Shown: one piece after another, positions 62,771-64,000 of the stretch
Layout of the letters: every line of letters begins with the position of its first letter
Position numbering within the stretch: the first letter of the stretch is position 1
Assembly (NCBI RefSeq): GCF_011386835.1
Contig: NC_088797.1
Span: 5,270,001 to 5,334,000 of the forward strand
Length of the DNA stretch: 64,000 nt
Direction: 5' to 3'
DNA from: Chrysemys picta bellii
Lineage: Eukaryota
The notes under the pieces: generated by a model
Databases searched by the model: none
What the model was told of the DNA's origin: nothing
Seen by the model: the letters and a program-made list of their open reading frames with translations, nothing else
Position numbers and translations under genes: made by a program

Positions 62771-64000
62771 GGGAGTCTTCTCCCAAGAAGCAACAGTTTG
62801 GGAGCCTGAAGCCCGAGAGGGTGTGCCTTTGCTGGGTCACCAAGGGGAAATTCAGGTGCAGTTGCTCTTTGCGGTGACAGTCCCCGTGCTCTTTGTTTTC
62901 TGAGATTGTAAAAAGGTGGATCTGACTTACCTACTTTACACAATTAATTATTTATACATTTCTATCATATTTCCTCTGATTCATCTCCCCTCACAACTCA
63001 ACAGTCTGCGTTTTTCATTCTCCTTTCATAGGGAAATCTTTTCATTGCAATAATATCTTTGTCACCTGTCTGTCAGGAACTCGAGCAGCTGGGCCATTTT
63101 AAAATTCCATATACGTTGGTTCAGCTGCAAATTTTGAGACGTTTACAAATTCAACGTGATTTTCCTGGCTGGGTACACAGACCCTACCAGTCAGTGTATG
63201 CGGATTCAGATTTTGGTAACTATAGGTGACACAACCTACTGTAGATAGTAAAAGAGTAATCTGGTAAAATTCACAACTGTGTGTGAAAGGGCACAGAAAG
63301 CAAAATGGACGCAGGGTAGGTCTTTTAGTATGTGACGAGATATTCTTTCTTCAAGGAAAGATGAGTTTGGCGCATAGCCTGTAGTCATTTAGGTGGCACA
63401 AGTAGTGGGTAAGTGGTGTTTTCATTTGTTCAATGAATATGATGCACCAGTATTATACTACCGGTATGTAGTAAGATCATGTAACTCATGTCAGAGTTGA
63501 AGAGGAACACTGTACTGGTGTAATGTAACCATTTTTTTGTTGTTGCTGTTGTAGTTGCTGGGTGGAGGATGAGCAGAGATACCGAGTCAGAAATAAGGTT
63601 GTTCAGATTACCTTAGGTCTGTATTTCCATGCTTTCCAACACTTCATCTTTTGTAAAACCTTCAATAAGAATGTCTACAATGGCATTCTTTGATTTTTCT
63701 ATGGTTTTTTTGCTTGCTTGTTTGATTTGGAAACCCATAATATCCCGTTAAGGTCATTTGGCTTGAGCGCGGGTGTGAGAATTCCCCAGTAACTTCCCAA
63801 ACCTTTTTCTTTGTTATGACCCCAGTGGTACTTTAATGTACATTGCTGGTTAGGTGGAGGTTGTCTTTGTTTGCCAGTGTTTTTATATATTATCACTGTG
63901 TTCTAAACTGAGCTATGATTGGTAAAAATCACACCAGTGAATTTTCGTATAGGCAAAAGCATAGGTTATACAGTGCCTGATATTGTAATCAAACCATGCG

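Noticed and set aside
40489-64000. Next ATXN7 coding exon (ERRH...) or a human isoform-c-like first exon
   Set aside because: No acceptor plus matching translation found; the next exon is presumably downstream of the window.

Overview
Vertebrate genomic DNA. The repeat content (CR1 and L2 LINEs, MIR-like SINEs, hAT, PIF/Harbinger and pogo-type MITEs, Penelope-like hairpins) indicates a turtle; the species cannot be determined. The window holds the 5' part of ataxin-7 (ATXN7, SAGA deubiquitinase-module subunit) on the + strand: three coding exons (9552-9789, 10530-10598, 40384-40488) splicing in frame to [10 protein letters not shown]...[34 protein letters not shown]|GTALEESFKEYGKNREAMRLCRE|[35 protein letters not shown]|. 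The rest of the gene lies beyond the window. The SCA7 polyQ tract is reduced to one Gln. Other supplied ORFs are transposon remnants or compositional artefacts. Best leads: (1) a cluster of candidate splice signals 0.4-0.9 kb upstream of the zinc-finger exon (9-nt frame-preserving microexon with a UGC motif, AG|GTAAGA recursive-splice-like site, stop-containing cassette exon); (2) an in-phase candidate alternative first coding exon (MSLLDRIKQLQVDNK); (3) five TSD-flanked insertions of a Penelope-like family, three of them fold-back elements with hammerhead-ribozyme-like motifs, including a near-canonical one on the ATXN7 sense strand. All splicing and ribozyme calls are predictions from sequence alone; no database searches were run.
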